This document shows positions 29,576 through 40,601 of a DNA stretch of 64,000 nucleotides, one piece after another. The translations under genes were made by a program, and so were the position numbers. Position 1 is the stretch's first letter. The number at the start of each line of letters is the position of its first letter. Below the pieces are notes generated by a model. It was not told the DNA's origin, did no database searches, and saw nothing but the letters and a program-made list of their open reading frames with translations. Origin of the DNA: a virus; IMG/VR virus record IMGVR_UViG_3300030419_004676, positions 1 to 64,000 of that record; one strand, 5' to 3'.

Positions 29576-31084
29576 ATGTTAGATATATTACCATTTAAAT
29601 ACTCATCACAAAAACTTGAATTAAAGGAATTCCATCATGGGAAAAAACCAAGAACAAGAGATGAGTTAAATTCATACTATGATACAAAAGATTATCTATA
29701 TGAAGTTACTCGTGAAGACCAATATGGAAATGCATTATCACAAATGTATTATTATTATGATGGTGGTCGTGGTAAATTTAAAGTTCATCATACAGAACAT
29801 TTTTTAGGAAAAAATAAACCTTATTTGATTTATGTTGAATATCAACCTGACTCTTCTTCTCCAGGCCCATCAAGACAAATGAAATTTGTTTTATCTAAAG
29901 CACTTGGAAAACAACATATTGATAATATAAAAAGTGGTAGAGCAAAAATATGGTTTGATTGTACACCTGAAGAGAGAGTTCACGCAGAAGAAATTAACGA
30001 TGATAATATATCCAAATTAATGAAATTTCTTGATAAAAATAAAATTCCACAAGAATCAATATTATATACAGATGGTGATTTACTTGTAGATGAGTTATTT
30101 GAAAAATATGGAAAAGTAAATACAAAAGTTTTACCATTACATATGAATAATGCATGGGAATCTTTTGAAAGATTTGCAAAAGATAATATGTGGTCAAGGT
30201 TAATTGTAAATCAAGAATACTTTTTAAGACCTAAACATTTTATGTTTAATAATTTTATGCCAAGAACTGCAAGAACTATATTAATGTCAAAATTAGTTAA
30301 ATCTGGAATATACAAAAAAGGATTCTGTTCATTTCAGGATATTGGAAAAGATGGTAATATATTTTTTCCATCCATGGGTGATGCATCATTTGATGATAGG
30401 TCATTTAACATATATCAGATATGTCGGACTGGAGATGTAAAAGGTTTTGATAAATACTTAGATATTTTAAGACCTGTATTACCTTTATCACATGATATGG
30501 TGGGTATAAAACAAGAAGATACTTTAGATAATTTAGATTATACTACTGCACGAATTGATGATGCAATGACATTGGTTCATTCATATGATAGTGCATTAGA
30601 AGATAAGGGTAAAAGAGTATTAACACATTATGATAGTACTTATGGGCCGTATTATAATCCTATTTCATATCTTAATGTTTATTTTGATGTATGTGCAGAA
30701 ACATTTTCAGGTGGATTTGGTGATTATGATATTGAACCATTAGGGCCTGTATTTACAGAAAAAATATGGAGACCACTTGCACTTGGTACACCATTTATTC
30801 CTATTGCAGAACCAGGTAGTGTTAGAGCTTTAAAAAAACTTGGATTTAAATTGTATGATAAGATGTTTGATTATTCATTTGATGACGAAAAAGATGGACA
30901 TAAGAGAATTGAAATGATTTATGATAATATAAAAAGATTAACCGATATGTCAAGAGATGAATTACATAAATTAACTTATCAACATAAAAAAGACATGGTA
31001 TACAACCATGAATATTTTATTAATGATTTTTATCACAATGTATATAATAATCATTTAGAATTTTTAAATGGATGGGTAAAATGA
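29576..31084 (+). CDS. 'TEK' family putative glycosyltransferase (GT10-like C-terminus)
   Basis: VCAET...FTEKIWRP...PFI...LGFK...FDYSFD; AGGAG before ATG 29576. Confidence 0.6.
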   Translation: MLDILPFKYSSQKLELKEFHHGKKPRTRDELNSYYDTKDYLYEVTREDQYGNALSQMYYYYDGGRGKFKVHHTEHFLGKNKPYLIYVEYQPDSSSPGPSRQMKFVLSKALGKQHIDNIKSGRAKIWFDCTPEERVHAEEINDDNISKLMKFLDKNKIPQESILYTDGDLLVDELFEKYGKVNTKVLPLHMNNAWESFERFAKDNMWSRLIVNQEYFLRPKHFMFNNFMPRTARTILMSKLVKSGIYKKGFCSFQDIGKDGNIFFPSMGDASFDDRSFNIYQICRTGDVKGFDKYLDILRPVLPLSHDMVGIKQEDTLDNLDYTTARIDDAMTLVHSYDSALEDKGKRVLTHYDSTYGPYYNPISYLNVYFDVCAETFSGGFGDYDIEPLGPVFTEKIWRPLALGTPFIPIAEPGSVRALKKLGFKLYDKMFDYSFDDEKDGHKRIEMIYDNIKRLTDMSRDELHKLTYQHKKDMVYNHEYFINDFYHNVYNNHLEFLNGWVK

Positions 31085-31875
31085 TAGGACATAGTGGTGT
31101 TTATTGGACAGCATCTTTAGTAAATTTATTTGGTAAAGAAAATATCAGAGTAGTTCAGATTGGTGCATGGAATGGTCATGAAACAAATCAGATTGCATCT
31201 ATGGTTAGACAATGGGATGGTGAGTTAATTGTAATTGATTGGTTTAAGGGTAACATATCTGTAACTGATGATAGTGATATAAAATATGATGAAGACCATG
31301 TTGAAGAAAATAAAAAATTATTTTGGAGTAATATAGAACCTAAAAATAAAAAAGTTATTGATTTAAGAGTTGGTAATTCAAATGATTTAATTAAAGATAT
31401 TGAAGACGATTCTATTGATATATTTCATATTGATGGTGCACATGAGTATTCTATAGTTAAAAAGGATATTGAACTTGGATATCCAAAAGTAAAAGTAAAT
31501 GGATTTATGTGTGGTGATGACTATTCAGGTGATTATCATATAAATAGAGTTGGTGAACTTAATAAAAAGTATTTAGAAGTAGATACAATTAATGGATATG
31601 GATATGAACATATAAATGGTGATATCATACCTAATATACATGCAGGTGTTATTAAGGCAGTCTATGAATATTTTGATAAAGGAGATATAATGTTTAATCT
31701 ACCACAGGCGAAGTGGTTACATTGGAAGAAACCTAACTCTGAAGTAGGTTATAATATGGAATCATTTACAAAGGGATTGAGATATGAAGGCAGTATATTG
31801 GATGAGTTTAATCCTGATGAAGAAATAGAAGAAATAAAAAATACACCTGCTTTTGGAAGTGAGTTTAATAAATGA
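31072..31875 (+). CDS. Class I SAM methyltransferase
   Basis: VQIGAWNG, IDWF, FHIDGAHEY, CGDDY. Confidence 0.8.
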   Translation: MGKMIGHSGVYWTASLVNLFGKENIRVVQIGAWNGHETNQIASMVRQWDGELIVIDWFKGNISVTDDSDIKYDEDHVEENKKLFWSNIEPKNKKVIDLRVGNSNDLIKDIEDDSIDIFHIDGAHEYSIVKKDIELGYPKVKVNGFMCGDDYSGDYHINRVGELNKKYLEVDTINGYGYEHINGDIIPNIHAGVIKAVYEYFDKGDIMFNLPQAKWLHWKKPNSEVGYNMESFTKGLRYEGSILDEFNPDEEIEEIKNTPAFGSEFNK

Positions 31876-32513
31876 AATATATCGGTAATAGAGAACATCC
31901 AATAAACACAATTACAAGATATTATGCAGGTGATAATTCACATGATGTAGATTATTTTTTCAATGAGTATGGATATAGATACGATGGTTCAGATAAATGG
32001 TATGATAATAATTTAGTTGTTATTGGTGATAGTTTTACTTTTGGATTGGGTTTAAATATAGAGGATACTTGGTCACATAAATTATCAGAAAAGCTGAATT
32101 GTAATTTAATTAATTTATCTCAAGGGTCATGTTCAAATGAATATATTTATAATACTTTGAAAAGAGAATTACCAAAAATTAAAAATGTAAAATGTGTAAT
32201 TGTTTATTTTACATATCATCATCGTTTTGATTTCATAGAAGAACCAGGAGGCCCATGGAATTCTAAATGGAAAAAGTTAATTACTTTAATTGGAGAAGAA
32301 AAATTAAAAAGTATGAGTGAAAATTTTATTGAATCTACAAAAATATTATTAAAAGATATACCAAATTTTTTATATTCAGTTGAAGATTCAAAACATTTAG
32401 ATAATAAAATAAGACTAACTTATGATGATTATTCAAATAATAAAACTCATCCAGGTAAAGAATCAAATGATATTTTTTTTAAAAAAATTTATGAGGTAAT
32501 AAAGAATGTATAA
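31872..32513 (+). CDS. SGNH-like hydrolase/acyltransferase
   Basis: GDSFTFG, NLSQG, THPG. Confidence 0.75.
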   Translation: MKYIGNREHPINTITRYYAGDNSHDVDYFFNEYGYRYDGSDKWYDNNLVVIGDSFTFGLGLNIEDTWSHKLSEKLNCNLINLSQGSCSNEYIYNTLKRELPKIKNVKCVIVYFTYHHRFDFIEEPGGPWNSKWKKLITLIGEEKLKSMSENFIESTKILLKDIPNFLYSVEDSKHLDNKIRLTYDDYSNNKTHPGKESNDIFFKKIYEVIKNV

Positions 32514-33165
32514 TAAAATTTATGTAAATGGAGCAAGTTGGGTTCAAGGTATGGGAGTTGAAAGAAATGAAGTTTTTAGTTATCATTTGGCAAAACTTTT
32601 AGAGTGTGAAGAACTAAACATTGCAGAGGGTGGTGCATCCAATGATTGGGTAATTAGACAAACCATAGATTATGTTTTGGAAAATAATCCAAAGAATCAC
32701 TTATTTGTATTAGGTTTTGCAGGTTATTTTAGATGGGATATTTGGGATGATATAAAGAAAAAATGGGAAAAGGGACACCCAATGAGTTTTTTAGAAAAAT
32801 CTTTATTTGATAAAGAAGTAAAAGATAATGGTTTAGAGTATGCAAAACATTGGAAATATTTTGTAGAAAATTTTTATAATGAAAAAATAATGAGAGATAA
32901 ATTTGTTAGAGATATACATTTGTTAGAATCATTTTTTGAGGTTAGAAATATTGATTACATTTTATTTGATACAACATCAGGTATATTGAAAGAGGTTCCA
33001 AATACTTTTAAAAATTTTGTTGATTTAAGTTGGGAAGATTTTTGTGGTGGAAGACATAGATTTGATTCAGGTGAGTATATTAGTTCAGAAGATGGCCATC
33101 CAAATTCTAACAACCATAAAAAGTGGTCAAAATATTTGTATGATATTATAAAGGAGAAAAAATGA
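32506..33165 (+). CDS. SGNH-like hydrolase/acyltransferase
   Basis: NGASWVQG, GGASN, DGHPN. Confidence 0.75.
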   Translation: MYNKIYVNGASWVQGMGVERNEVFSYHLAKLLECEELNIAEGGASNDWVIRQTIDYVLENNPKNHLFVLGFAGYFRWDIWDDIKKKWEKGHPMSFLEKSLFDKEVKDNGLEYAKHWKYFVENFYNEKIMRDKFVRDIHLLESFFEVRNIDYILFDTTSGILKEVPNTFKNFVDLSWEDFCGGRHRFDSGEYISSEDGHPNSNNHKKWSKYLYDIIKEKK

Positions 33166-34076
33166 AAGCTTTAATAATAGGTGGTAGAGGAATGGTTGGA
33201 AGACAACTTGTTGAGTTGTGTTCTAAAGTTTATGATGAAGTTTGTGTTGCAGATATAGGTTATAGTATTCCACAAGATTTACCAGATAATGTTGATTATG
33301 AACCTTGTGATATGACCTTTAAAACTAATGCAAGTATCGTTGCAGATTATAATCATGTTTATCACTTGGCAGGAATTAAAGGTTCACCATTAAGAGTAAA
33401 GGAATCACCTGCCGATTATTTACCTATGTTACAATTTGATACCAATGTTATACAGGCAATTGGTCAATGGAAACCAGATTGGTTTCTTTACACAAGTTCA
33501 ATTGGTGTTTATCCACCAAGTGAATTTTATAATGAAGATGATGTGTGGGATAAAGTTCCAAGTCCAAATGATAAAATCCCTGCATACATAAAACGAATGG
33601 GAGAGTTAAGTTGTGAGGCTATTAGTATTACAGACGATTATAAAAATATATCCATTGTTAGACCAGCAAACATATACGGCCCTTTTGATAATTTTGGTGA
33701 TGAATCTACCGTGATTGCATCAATGATTAAAAAAGGTTATCATGATGATGTTATAAATGTTTGGGGAGATGGAACACCAATACGAGATTTCATATATTCA
33801 AAAGATGTAGCTCGTGGTATGTTACATATGGTTCAGAATAAAGTAAATGATGTAGTGAATCTTGGTAGTGGTGAAGAAGTTAGAATATCAGATATCGCCA
33901 GTGTGATTGGGACATACTTTGGAACAGAGATAGAGTATGATTTGACAAAACCAAATGGTGATATGAGAAGACAAATGAATACAGATAGAATGAAATCATA
34001 TGGGTTTGAAAGAGAATATACATTACAAATGGGTTTAACAGAAACAATAGAATATTATGAGGAGTTACAAAAATGA
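33162..34076 (+). CDS. NAD-dependent epimerase/reductase (GDP-fucose synthase-like SDR)
   Basis: GGRGMVG, YIKR, RPANIYGP, VWGDGTPIRDF. Confidence 0.9.
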   Translation: MKALIIGGRGMVGRQLVELCSKVYDEVCVADIGYSIPQDLPDNVDYEPCDMTFKTNASIVADYNHVYHLAGIKGSPLRVKESPADYLPMLQFDTNVIQAIGQWKPDWFLYTSSIGVYPPSEFYNEDDVWDKVPSPNDKIPAYIKRMGELSCEAISITDDYKNISIVRPANIYGPFDNFGDESTVIASMIKKGYHDDVINVWGDGTPIRDFIYSKDVARGMLHMVQNKVNDVVNLGSGEEVRISDIASVIGTYFGTEIEYDLTKPNGDMRRQMNTDRMKSYGFEREYTLQMGLTETIEYYEELQK

Positions 34077-35113
34077 TTTACATATTAGATAATGGAGATA
34101 TGTTTCCTAAGTTATTGAAAACAATAACAAAATGGTTAGATTATGAAGTAAAAGAAATACCAGACCTTAAGTTTGAATATCAAAAAAGTGATATATTAAT
34201 ATTAAATGGTGAACATTTTACAGAATTATATCATAAAAGTAAAGATGAGTTATGGGAAAAATTTAAAAAAATACAAATACCAATTATAATAATAATTGAT
34301 GATTCTGCATTGGGTTGGGGCCCAACTAAAATGCATGTTGTTGATAATAGACCTATTTATATTTTAACACCATCAATTGGAACAGATATACCTAAGTTTG
34401 GAGTTCAACCAAATGATGATAATTTTAATTATTTATTAACACATATAATAGAAAATAGTGACGAAAATGTTACCGAACAATTACTTGAAAGTGGTAAAAG
34501 TTTTTTAAGAAGTAAATACTTTCTTTCTTTAAATAGAGAACCAAAACCACATAGAGATTTTTTATATAATTTTATTGATACAAATAATCTATATTCAAAA
34601 TTTTATTATTCTTATACTAAAAAGAAAAACCCTATATTTTTAGATGGTGATAAAGACTGGGGTAGATATTCAATATTAGACCCAACAGATATAAATTATG
34701 TTAAACATTATGATTCATACTTTAGTGTTATTACTTTACCAGAATATGAAAAAGGACATTTTCATTTTATTGATGAAAAAATGTGGAAACCTATATTAAG
34801 TCATCAACCATTTATTCTTTTGGGTGCACCTTTTTATTTAAAAACTTTAAAATCGTTTGGATTTCAAACTTTTTATGATTTGATTGATGAGTCATATGAT
34901 AATATGATTAATGATAAACAAAGATGGAACAGAGCGTGTGTAGAAATTAAAAAACTTTCAAAAACACCTATAAGTAAAATCCATGAATGGTATTATAGTT
35001 CTGATACACAATCAAAATTAAAACATAATTATAATGTTGCAAAAAAAATGTCTTGGCAACAAAGAGAAAAAATTTCAACTTTAATAGAAGATTTACAAGA
35101 TTACGATGTATAA
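34073..35113 (+). CDS. 'TEK' family putative glycosyltransferase
   Basis: FLSLNREPKPHR, SYFSVI, IDEKMWKP, PFI, GFQTF, DESYD. Confidence 0.6.
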   Translation: MIYILDNGDMFPKLLKTITKWLDYEVKEIPDLKFEYQKSDILILNGEHFTELYHKSKDELWEKFKKIQIPIIIIIDDSALGWGPTKMHVVDNRPIYILTPSIGTDIPKFGVQPNDDNFNYLLTHIIENSDENVTEQLLESGKSFLRSKYFLSLNREPKPHRDFLYNFIDTNNLYSKFYYSYTKKKNPIFLDGDKDWGRYSILDPTDINYVKHYDSYFSVITLPEYEKGHFHFIDEKMWKPILSHQPFILLGAPFYLKTLKSFGFQTFYDLIDESYDNMINDKQRWNRACVEIKKLSKTPISKIHEWYYSSDTQSKLKHNYNVAKKMSWQQREKISTLIEDLQDYDV

Positions 35114-36233
35114 CGGATATCATTTTGATAAATTAATAATTAATCACTTGCAAGATTATAAAATACATTTTATGACCTTTGAAGATGTCTATGCCGATAA
35201 AAACATTGAGGTAGATTCTTTTGATTATATTATTTTGTCACATGAATTTGAAGTATCAAATACTAAATTATTTGAAGACTTACATAACTATTTTGATAAA
35301 AAATTAATAGAGTTGGATAAAGTTATTTTAGTTATGGGTGACTTTTCTTTAGAAGAAAAATATAATAATTTTTGTAATAATAATAACTTTTACAAGTATA
35401 AACCTAAACTTAATATGTTGAGTGCATTTTTTATGGAAATTTGTATTAGAGATAATTTTGAAATCTCTTGGTATCTTGAATATAAAAAGAATATCTTAAA
35501 CGACCTTAATAATATTCGTAAATCTTACCAATTAAAGCCTAAAAGATTCTTATCAATGAATGGTACATTAAAACCACATCGTGAAAAGTTTATATCATAT
35601 ATAAAAAAACATCAGTTAACAGATTATATAGATTATTCAGAGTTACAATCAGGTATGCCTGTAGATAAATATAATTTTAACGATAAAAAAATAAAAAGAT
35701 TTATTGAACAACAGGAAAAACAAATTGATACAAGAGTTGATATACAAGATATGAATAAAGATATAGATAAAACTTTTCATTTAAATTATGTTTATGGAGA
35801 TAGTCAATGGAAGATTCCTGGACAAGAAAATCTATATCAATTGTATAAGAATTATAATATAGATATTATTTCAGAGAGTGAAGCTAATCATGATGATAGT
35901 TTATTTTTTACTGAAAAAACTTTACGACCTTTATATTTTGGATTACCATTTTTAATGATTGGTAATAAAAATATGTTAAGTAATTTACAAGAAATGGGAT
36001 ATGCAACTTATGATAATATATTTGATGAATCTTATGATAAACTTGATTCTTGGAGAGATAGACTTGAACATGTATCATCTGAAGTAAATAGATTTTGTAG
36101 TATGAATCAATCTGAATTTACTTTACAAATGCACAAAGCTACTGATAATATATTACATAATGTTCATCATTTTTTTCAAAATGATTATGAATTAAAAAGA
36201 ATTGAAAGAAAACTTGGAGAGATAGTCTCATGA
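35106..36233 (+). CDS. 'TEK' family putative glycosyltransferase
   Basis: FLSMN...PHR, IISES, FTEKTLRP, PFL, DESYD. Confidence 0.6.
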   Translation: MYNGYHFDKLIINHLQDYKIHFMTFEDVYADKNIEVDSFDYIILSHEFEVSNTKLFEDLHNYFDKKLIELDKVILVMGDFSLEEKYNNFCNNNNFYKYKPKLNMLSAFFMEICIRDNFEISWYLEYKKNILNDLNNIRKSYQLKPKRFLSMNGTLKPHREKFISYIKKHQLTDYIDYSELQSGMPVDKYNFNDKKIKRFIEQQEKQIDTRVDIQDMNKDIDKTFHLNYVYGDSQWKIPGQENLYQLYKNYNIDIISESEANHDDSLFFTEKTLRPLYFGLPFLMIGNKNMLSNLQEMGYATYDNIFDESYDKLDSWRDRLEHVSSEVNRFCSMNQSEFTLQMHKATDNILHNVHHFFQNDYELKRIERKLGEIVS

Positions 36234-37591
36234 AAGTATTAATATTTGATGGATACACCGATAATTTATTTAGAATCTTTTTTAATCATGATTCAAGACT
36301 AAATGTGAAGACTCACTACCAACAAAGAGAGGATTCAGATGGTTCTCAAATCTATAATGAAAAAGATTGGGATATTTTAGTAATGTCATTGTTTGATGTA
36401 GATAACCATTTTTCACAAGAAAATTCTACAGAAAACATTAAAAATATGAAACGATTAATTAATAACTCAAATTCTCAATTTAAAATATTCATAGATGGTT
36501 TAGGTGAGGGTTGTGACATCGGAAGGAGATGGGGCCAATTATTTGATTTTTGTGATAACTTAGATATTGACCCAAATACAATTAATTTATTTTTAACAAC
36601 TATGAATGTTGAAGAAAGTTATAATGAATGGAAAAAGTCGGACACCTTAAGAAATTTAAAATTTGCGAAAAATTTTATTTATAATGAAAAAATACCATTC
36701 AACTGGTATGATAATGACTTTTTATCATTTGTATATTTTAGTGTTAATAGGTTTATAAATAAAGATAATAAAGTTACCACTATGGGTGGAGAATATAATA
36801 AATTATATGAAAAGGATGGATTGTTTTTAAAACCTAATCGTCAATTAAGAGATTATAAAATTCTATCACTTGTTGCAAATCCAATGACACATAGGGTTAT
36901 TGTTCAGAATCATTTACTAAAAAATCAATATGACAAACAAGGATTAATTAGTTTTAATGATAATTTACAAAATATTGTGAATAGTCGGGGTCAAAAAATA
37001 GACCATGTTGTTTGTGATACAAGAGTTTTGAAAGAATTTAATTTATTGGAGTATTTTAATAAAGAATTTTTAAATAGAATACCAATTAGAATAGATTGGG
37101 AAGAATTTAATAATTCACAATCCTTTCTTGGTCGTTATAGTCCTAATTATGATTTTTATAACAACTCATACTTTAGTGTTGTATGTGAGACAAATTATGA
37201 GATGGAGTTTGACAATGACACTTATTCATATCATTTACCAATATTCTTAACAGAAAAAACTTTAAATGCATTATGGTCATATCATCCATTCATTATAGTG
37301 AATCACAAACATAGTTTAAAGAAATTAAGAGAATTGGGATTTGAAACTTTTCCAGAATTATTTGATGAAAGTTATGATGAGGAGTTTGACCCACAAAAAA
37401 GATTAAAAATGGTTTTATCAGAAATAGATAGAGTGATGAAACTTGATAAAAAAGAATTACATAAAATTTATTGGAGTATGGAAGATAAATTTATACATAA
37501 TAGAAATGTTATACTTGATATAGTGTTGAATCAAACACCAAATGTATATGAAGACTTAAACAAAATATTAGGAATCGGGGATACGGTATGA
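36230..37591 (+). CDS. 'TEK' family putative glycosyltransferase
   Basis: THR, SYFSVVCET, LTEKT, HPFI, GFETF, DESYD. Confidence 0.6.
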   Translation: MKVLIFDGYTDNLFRIFFNHDSRLNVKTHYQQREDSDGSQIYNEKDWDILVMSLFDVDNHFSQENSTENIKNMKRLINNSNSQFKIFIDGLGEGCDIGRRWGQLFDFCDNLDIDPNTINLFLTTMNVEESYNEWKKSDTLRNLKFAKNFIYNEKIPFNWYDNDFLSFVYFSVNRFINKDNKVTTMGGEYNKLYEKDGLFLKPNRQLRDYKILSLVANPMTHRVIVQNHLLKNQYDKQGLISFNDNLQNIVNSRGQKIDHVVCDTRVLKEFNLLEYFNKEFLNRIPIRIDWEEFNNSQSFLGRYSPNYDFYNNSYFSVVCETNYEMEFDNDTYSYHLPIFLTEKTLNALWSYHPFIIVNHKHSLKKLRELGFETFPELFDESYDEEFDPQKRLKMVLSEIDRVMKLDKKELHKIYWSMEDKFIHNRNVILDIVLNQTPNVYEDLNKILGIGDTV

Positions 37592-38538
37592 AAATTTTAG
37601 TAACAGGAACATCAGGACTAATAGGATATAATCTTGTAGAAAGATTATTAAAAGATGGACACGAAGTATTTGGAACAATACATAAAAACAATAAAAGAGT
37701 AAAAGGTGTAGAATACTTTTATGGTGATTTACGAGATATGGAATTTTGTAAAGAAATCACAGAGGGTATGGATATAGTTGTTAATTGTTCTGCAAATACT
37801 TCAAATGCAGTTGATACCGTAAAGTCACCTTTAGTTCATGTTACACCGAATGTTATAGTAAACACACAATTGATAGAGGCTACATATTTCAATAAAGTAA
37901 AGAAGTATGTATTTATCAGTAGTTCAACCGTATATCCACCAAGTGGTGAAGATTTAGTTGATGAAACTTGGAATATATTTGAAGAACCATATCCTGTATA
38001 TCATGCAGTAGGTTGGATGAAAAGATATGGTGAAGTGTTGTGTGATTTATATGCAAATCAATTATCACCAAATATGGATTGTTTAGTGGTGAGACCTGCA
38101 AATTGTTATGGGCCCCATGATAAATGGGACTTTGATAAGTGTCATGTCACACCTGCAACAATTAGAAAAGTAATTGACAAACATAATCCAATTCAAGTTT
38201 GGGGTGATGGTGAGGATGTTAGAGATGTTATATACATAGAAGATTTTATAGATGGTTTAGTGAATGTCATGGAGAATTCTAAAGACAAATATGAAGTAGT
38301 TAATATTGGTTCTAATACAAGTTATAGTGTTAATGAGATATTAGATACTTGTATGGAAGTTGATAATTACAACGCACCAATTGAATATATTAGTGGCAAA
38401 CCATCTATGATACCAATCAGAAAAATAAGTTCTGATAAGATGAAAAATAAATACCAATGGGAAGCAAAAACTTCATTGTCAGAGGGAATAAGAAAGACAA
38501 TAGATTGGTATAAACAGGAGTACGGAAATGACGAATAA
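37588..38538 (+). CDS. NAD-dependent epimerase/reductase (GDP-fucose synthase-like)
   Basis: TGTSGLIG, SSSTVYP, RPANCYGP, VWGDGEDVRD. Confidence 0.9.
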   Translation: MKILVTGTSGLIGYNLVERLLKDGHEVFGTIHKNNKRVKGVEYFYGDLRDMEFCKEITEGMDIVVNCSANTSNAVDTVKSPLVHVTPNVIVNTQLIEATYFNKVKKYVFISSSTVYPPSGEDLVDETWNIFEEPYPVYHAVGWMKRYGEVLCDLYANQLSPNMDCLVVRPANCYGPHDKWDFDKCHVTPATIRKVIDKHNPIQVWGDGEDVRDVIYIEDFIDGLVNVMENSKDKYEVVNIGSNTSYSVNEILDTCMEVDNYNAPIEYISGKPSMIPIRKISSDKMKNKYQWEAKTSLSEGIRKTIDWYKQEYGNDE

Positions 38539-39268
38539 TGAAATACTTTCTTTTTACAAAGAGAATGGTTACTATGTAGAAAATATTTTCTCTACAGAAG
38601 TAATGGATGAGTATAGAGAAGAGGGTAATAGATTGATTGAATTGAGGAAAACTTCAGAAGAAGATGATAACACAAGACCATATGCATATACACATAGAGA
38701 TTCAGAGTTATTTGATAAGTTGTGGAGACACCCACGAACTTTAGAAATACTTGAAACACTAATTGGTGGTAAAGTTGATGGATTACAAACTTGGATGTAT
38801 TTTAAACCACCAGGTGAGTTGGGTAGAGATGTTCACCAAAACATTTTTTACTCTCATGCAAACCGAGGTGACATTATAAATGCATCTTGTGCCATTGATG
38901 ATAGTGATGAAGAGAATGGATGTCTATATGTTTATCCTGGTTCACAAGTGGAATCATGTCTACCAATCAATATTGATGAGGATAGACTATTAACAAATCC
39001 AGACGATTGGAGAAATGAACGAGGTAAACCTTGTCACATACCAGGAGAATGGGTTGATGGTGTTTGGACAGATAGATATGAAAAAATATATCTACCAATG
39101 AATTCAGGTGATGTTATATTTTTACATTCACATGTAATTCATGGTTCAGAGACTAATAAATCAGAGACTAAATGGAGAAGAGCTGCACTTGGTAGTTATC
39201 TTAGACAAGATGCACACTTTAATCCAGGTGGTCAAATGAAAAGAGAAAGAATAAATCTTTATGATTAA
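38528..39268 (+). CDS. PhyH-family Fe(II)/2-oxoglutarate dioxygenase-like protein
   Basis: Y.ENGY, FKPPG, HQN, ENGCL.V.PGS, HGS..N, RRA. Confidence 0.85.
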   Translation: MTNNEILSFYKENGYYVENIFSTEVMDEYREEGNRLIELRKTSEEDDNTRPYAYTHRDSELFDKLWRHPRTLEILETLIGGKVDGLQTWMYFKPPGELGRDVHQNIFYSHANRGDIINASCAIDDSDEENGCLYVYPGSQVESCLPINIDEDRLLTNPDDWRNERGKPCHIPGEWVDGVWTDRYEKIYLPMNSGDVIFLHSHVIHGSETNKSETKWRRAALGSYLRQDAHFNPGGQMKRERINLYD

Positions 39269-40601
39269 AGACTATACAAAAGGATATTATTGGCAAGACA
39301 ATTATTATCCTGATATAAATCATGTTTATAAAAATAAAGATTATAAATATGATATTGATGTTAGATTAATTGATGGGTGTGGTGATTCAGTTTCACAACA
39401 AAGACTTGAAAAAAGTATTGAAGTACTAAAAGAGTTTGAGGAGAAATTACCTTTTAGAAGTTTTGCTATTGTTTCACCACTTGTACCACCATATCCATGT
39501 GAAGAACACAATTGGATTGAATTGAAAGGTACTATGGACTATCATGATTATGGAGAGTTTGTATTAAAATATCTACATAAATATTTTGATGCACCACATG
39601 TATTATTGATTCAATGGGATTGTTTTATAACCAATATTGATAAATGGAAAGATGAGTTTCTTGATTATGACTTAGTATACACAATATCTGATGGGTGTCA
39701 AAATGATGATTCTGAATTTATAGAAGACATTGGACATTTCAATGGTGGACTAACATTAAGGTCTAAAAAGTTTTGTAAATCTACATCTGATTATTTTACT
39801 AATGCAAAGAGTAAAAATGGAATCATTTATAGATTTGATGAATCAAGTGGTATGGTATTTAAACAAAATGAAGATTTATTGATACATGAGAACTATGAAG
39901 AATTAAAAAAATATGATTTAAAGTTTGCATCACCAAGTTTAACAAGTGAGTTTTCTTTAGGTAATCATACAACATCTATTCTTCCACATAGAAAACAAAC
40001 TGCATTTGGATTTCACGATATGAGTATGAAGTTTCAAATAGTAGAAGATGATAATGGAGAACCAATTATTATGAATTATAAAGATGAATTAAATCGTTCT
40101 ATGAAATGGTTAAGTGATAAAGAGGATACTATTTTTATGGGACAATCAGTTAAGTATAGTGGTAATTCTATTTATGGAACATTACAAGATATTGATGATG
40201 AGAAGAGATTAGAATTACCTGTGTTTGAAGAAATACAAATGGGAATGAGTACAGGTATGGCACTAAATGGACATGTTCCAATTAGTTGTTTTCCAAGAAT
40301 GGACTTCCTACTTAGATGTATGGATAGTTTAGTAAACCATTTAGATAAGATTCAAGATATGACTAATGGTCAAATGAAACCAAAAGTTATAATACGAACT
40401 GCAGTTGGTTCTCGTGAACCACTAAATGGTGGAGTACAACATACTCAGAATTATATTAAACAACTAAAAGAGATGTTAACTGAAGTCAAAATTGTTGAGC
40501 TTGATAAAACAGAAGATATATTTAATGAGTTTACAAAAGCATACAATAGAGATGGTTCAACAATTTTAGTAGAATATGGGGATTATTACAATGACAGATA
40601 A
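39261..40601 (+). CDS. Fusion: GT-A-like (DUF5672-like) domain + TPP E1 beta/transketolase pyrimidine-binding domain
   Basis: LLIQWD, NGGLTLRSK, NED, FGFH; from 40071: GQSV, ELPVFEE, PRMDF, NHLDK, QHTQ. Confidence 0.8.
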   Translation: MIKDYTKGYYWQDNYYPDINHVYKNKDYKYDIDVRLIDGCGDSVSQQRLEKSIEVLKEFEEKLPFRSFAIVSPLVPPYPCEEHNWIELKGTMDYHDYGEFVLKYLHKYFDAPHVLLIQWDCFITNIDKWKDEFLDYDLVYTISDGCQNDDSEFIEDIGHFNGGLTLRSKKFCKSTSDYFTNAKSKNGIIYRFDESSGMVFKQNEDLLIHENYEELKKYDLKFASPSLTSEFSLGNHTTSILPHRKQTAFGFHDMSMKFQIVEDDNGEPIIMNYKDELNRSMKWLSDKEDTIFMGQSVKYSGNSIYGTLQDIDDEKRLELPVFEEIQMGMSTGMALNGHVPISCFPRMDFLLRCMDSLVNHLDKIQDMTNGQMKPKVIIRTAVGSREPLNGGVQHTQNYIKQLKEMLTEVKIVELDKTEDIFNEFTKAYNRDGSTILVEYGDYYNDR

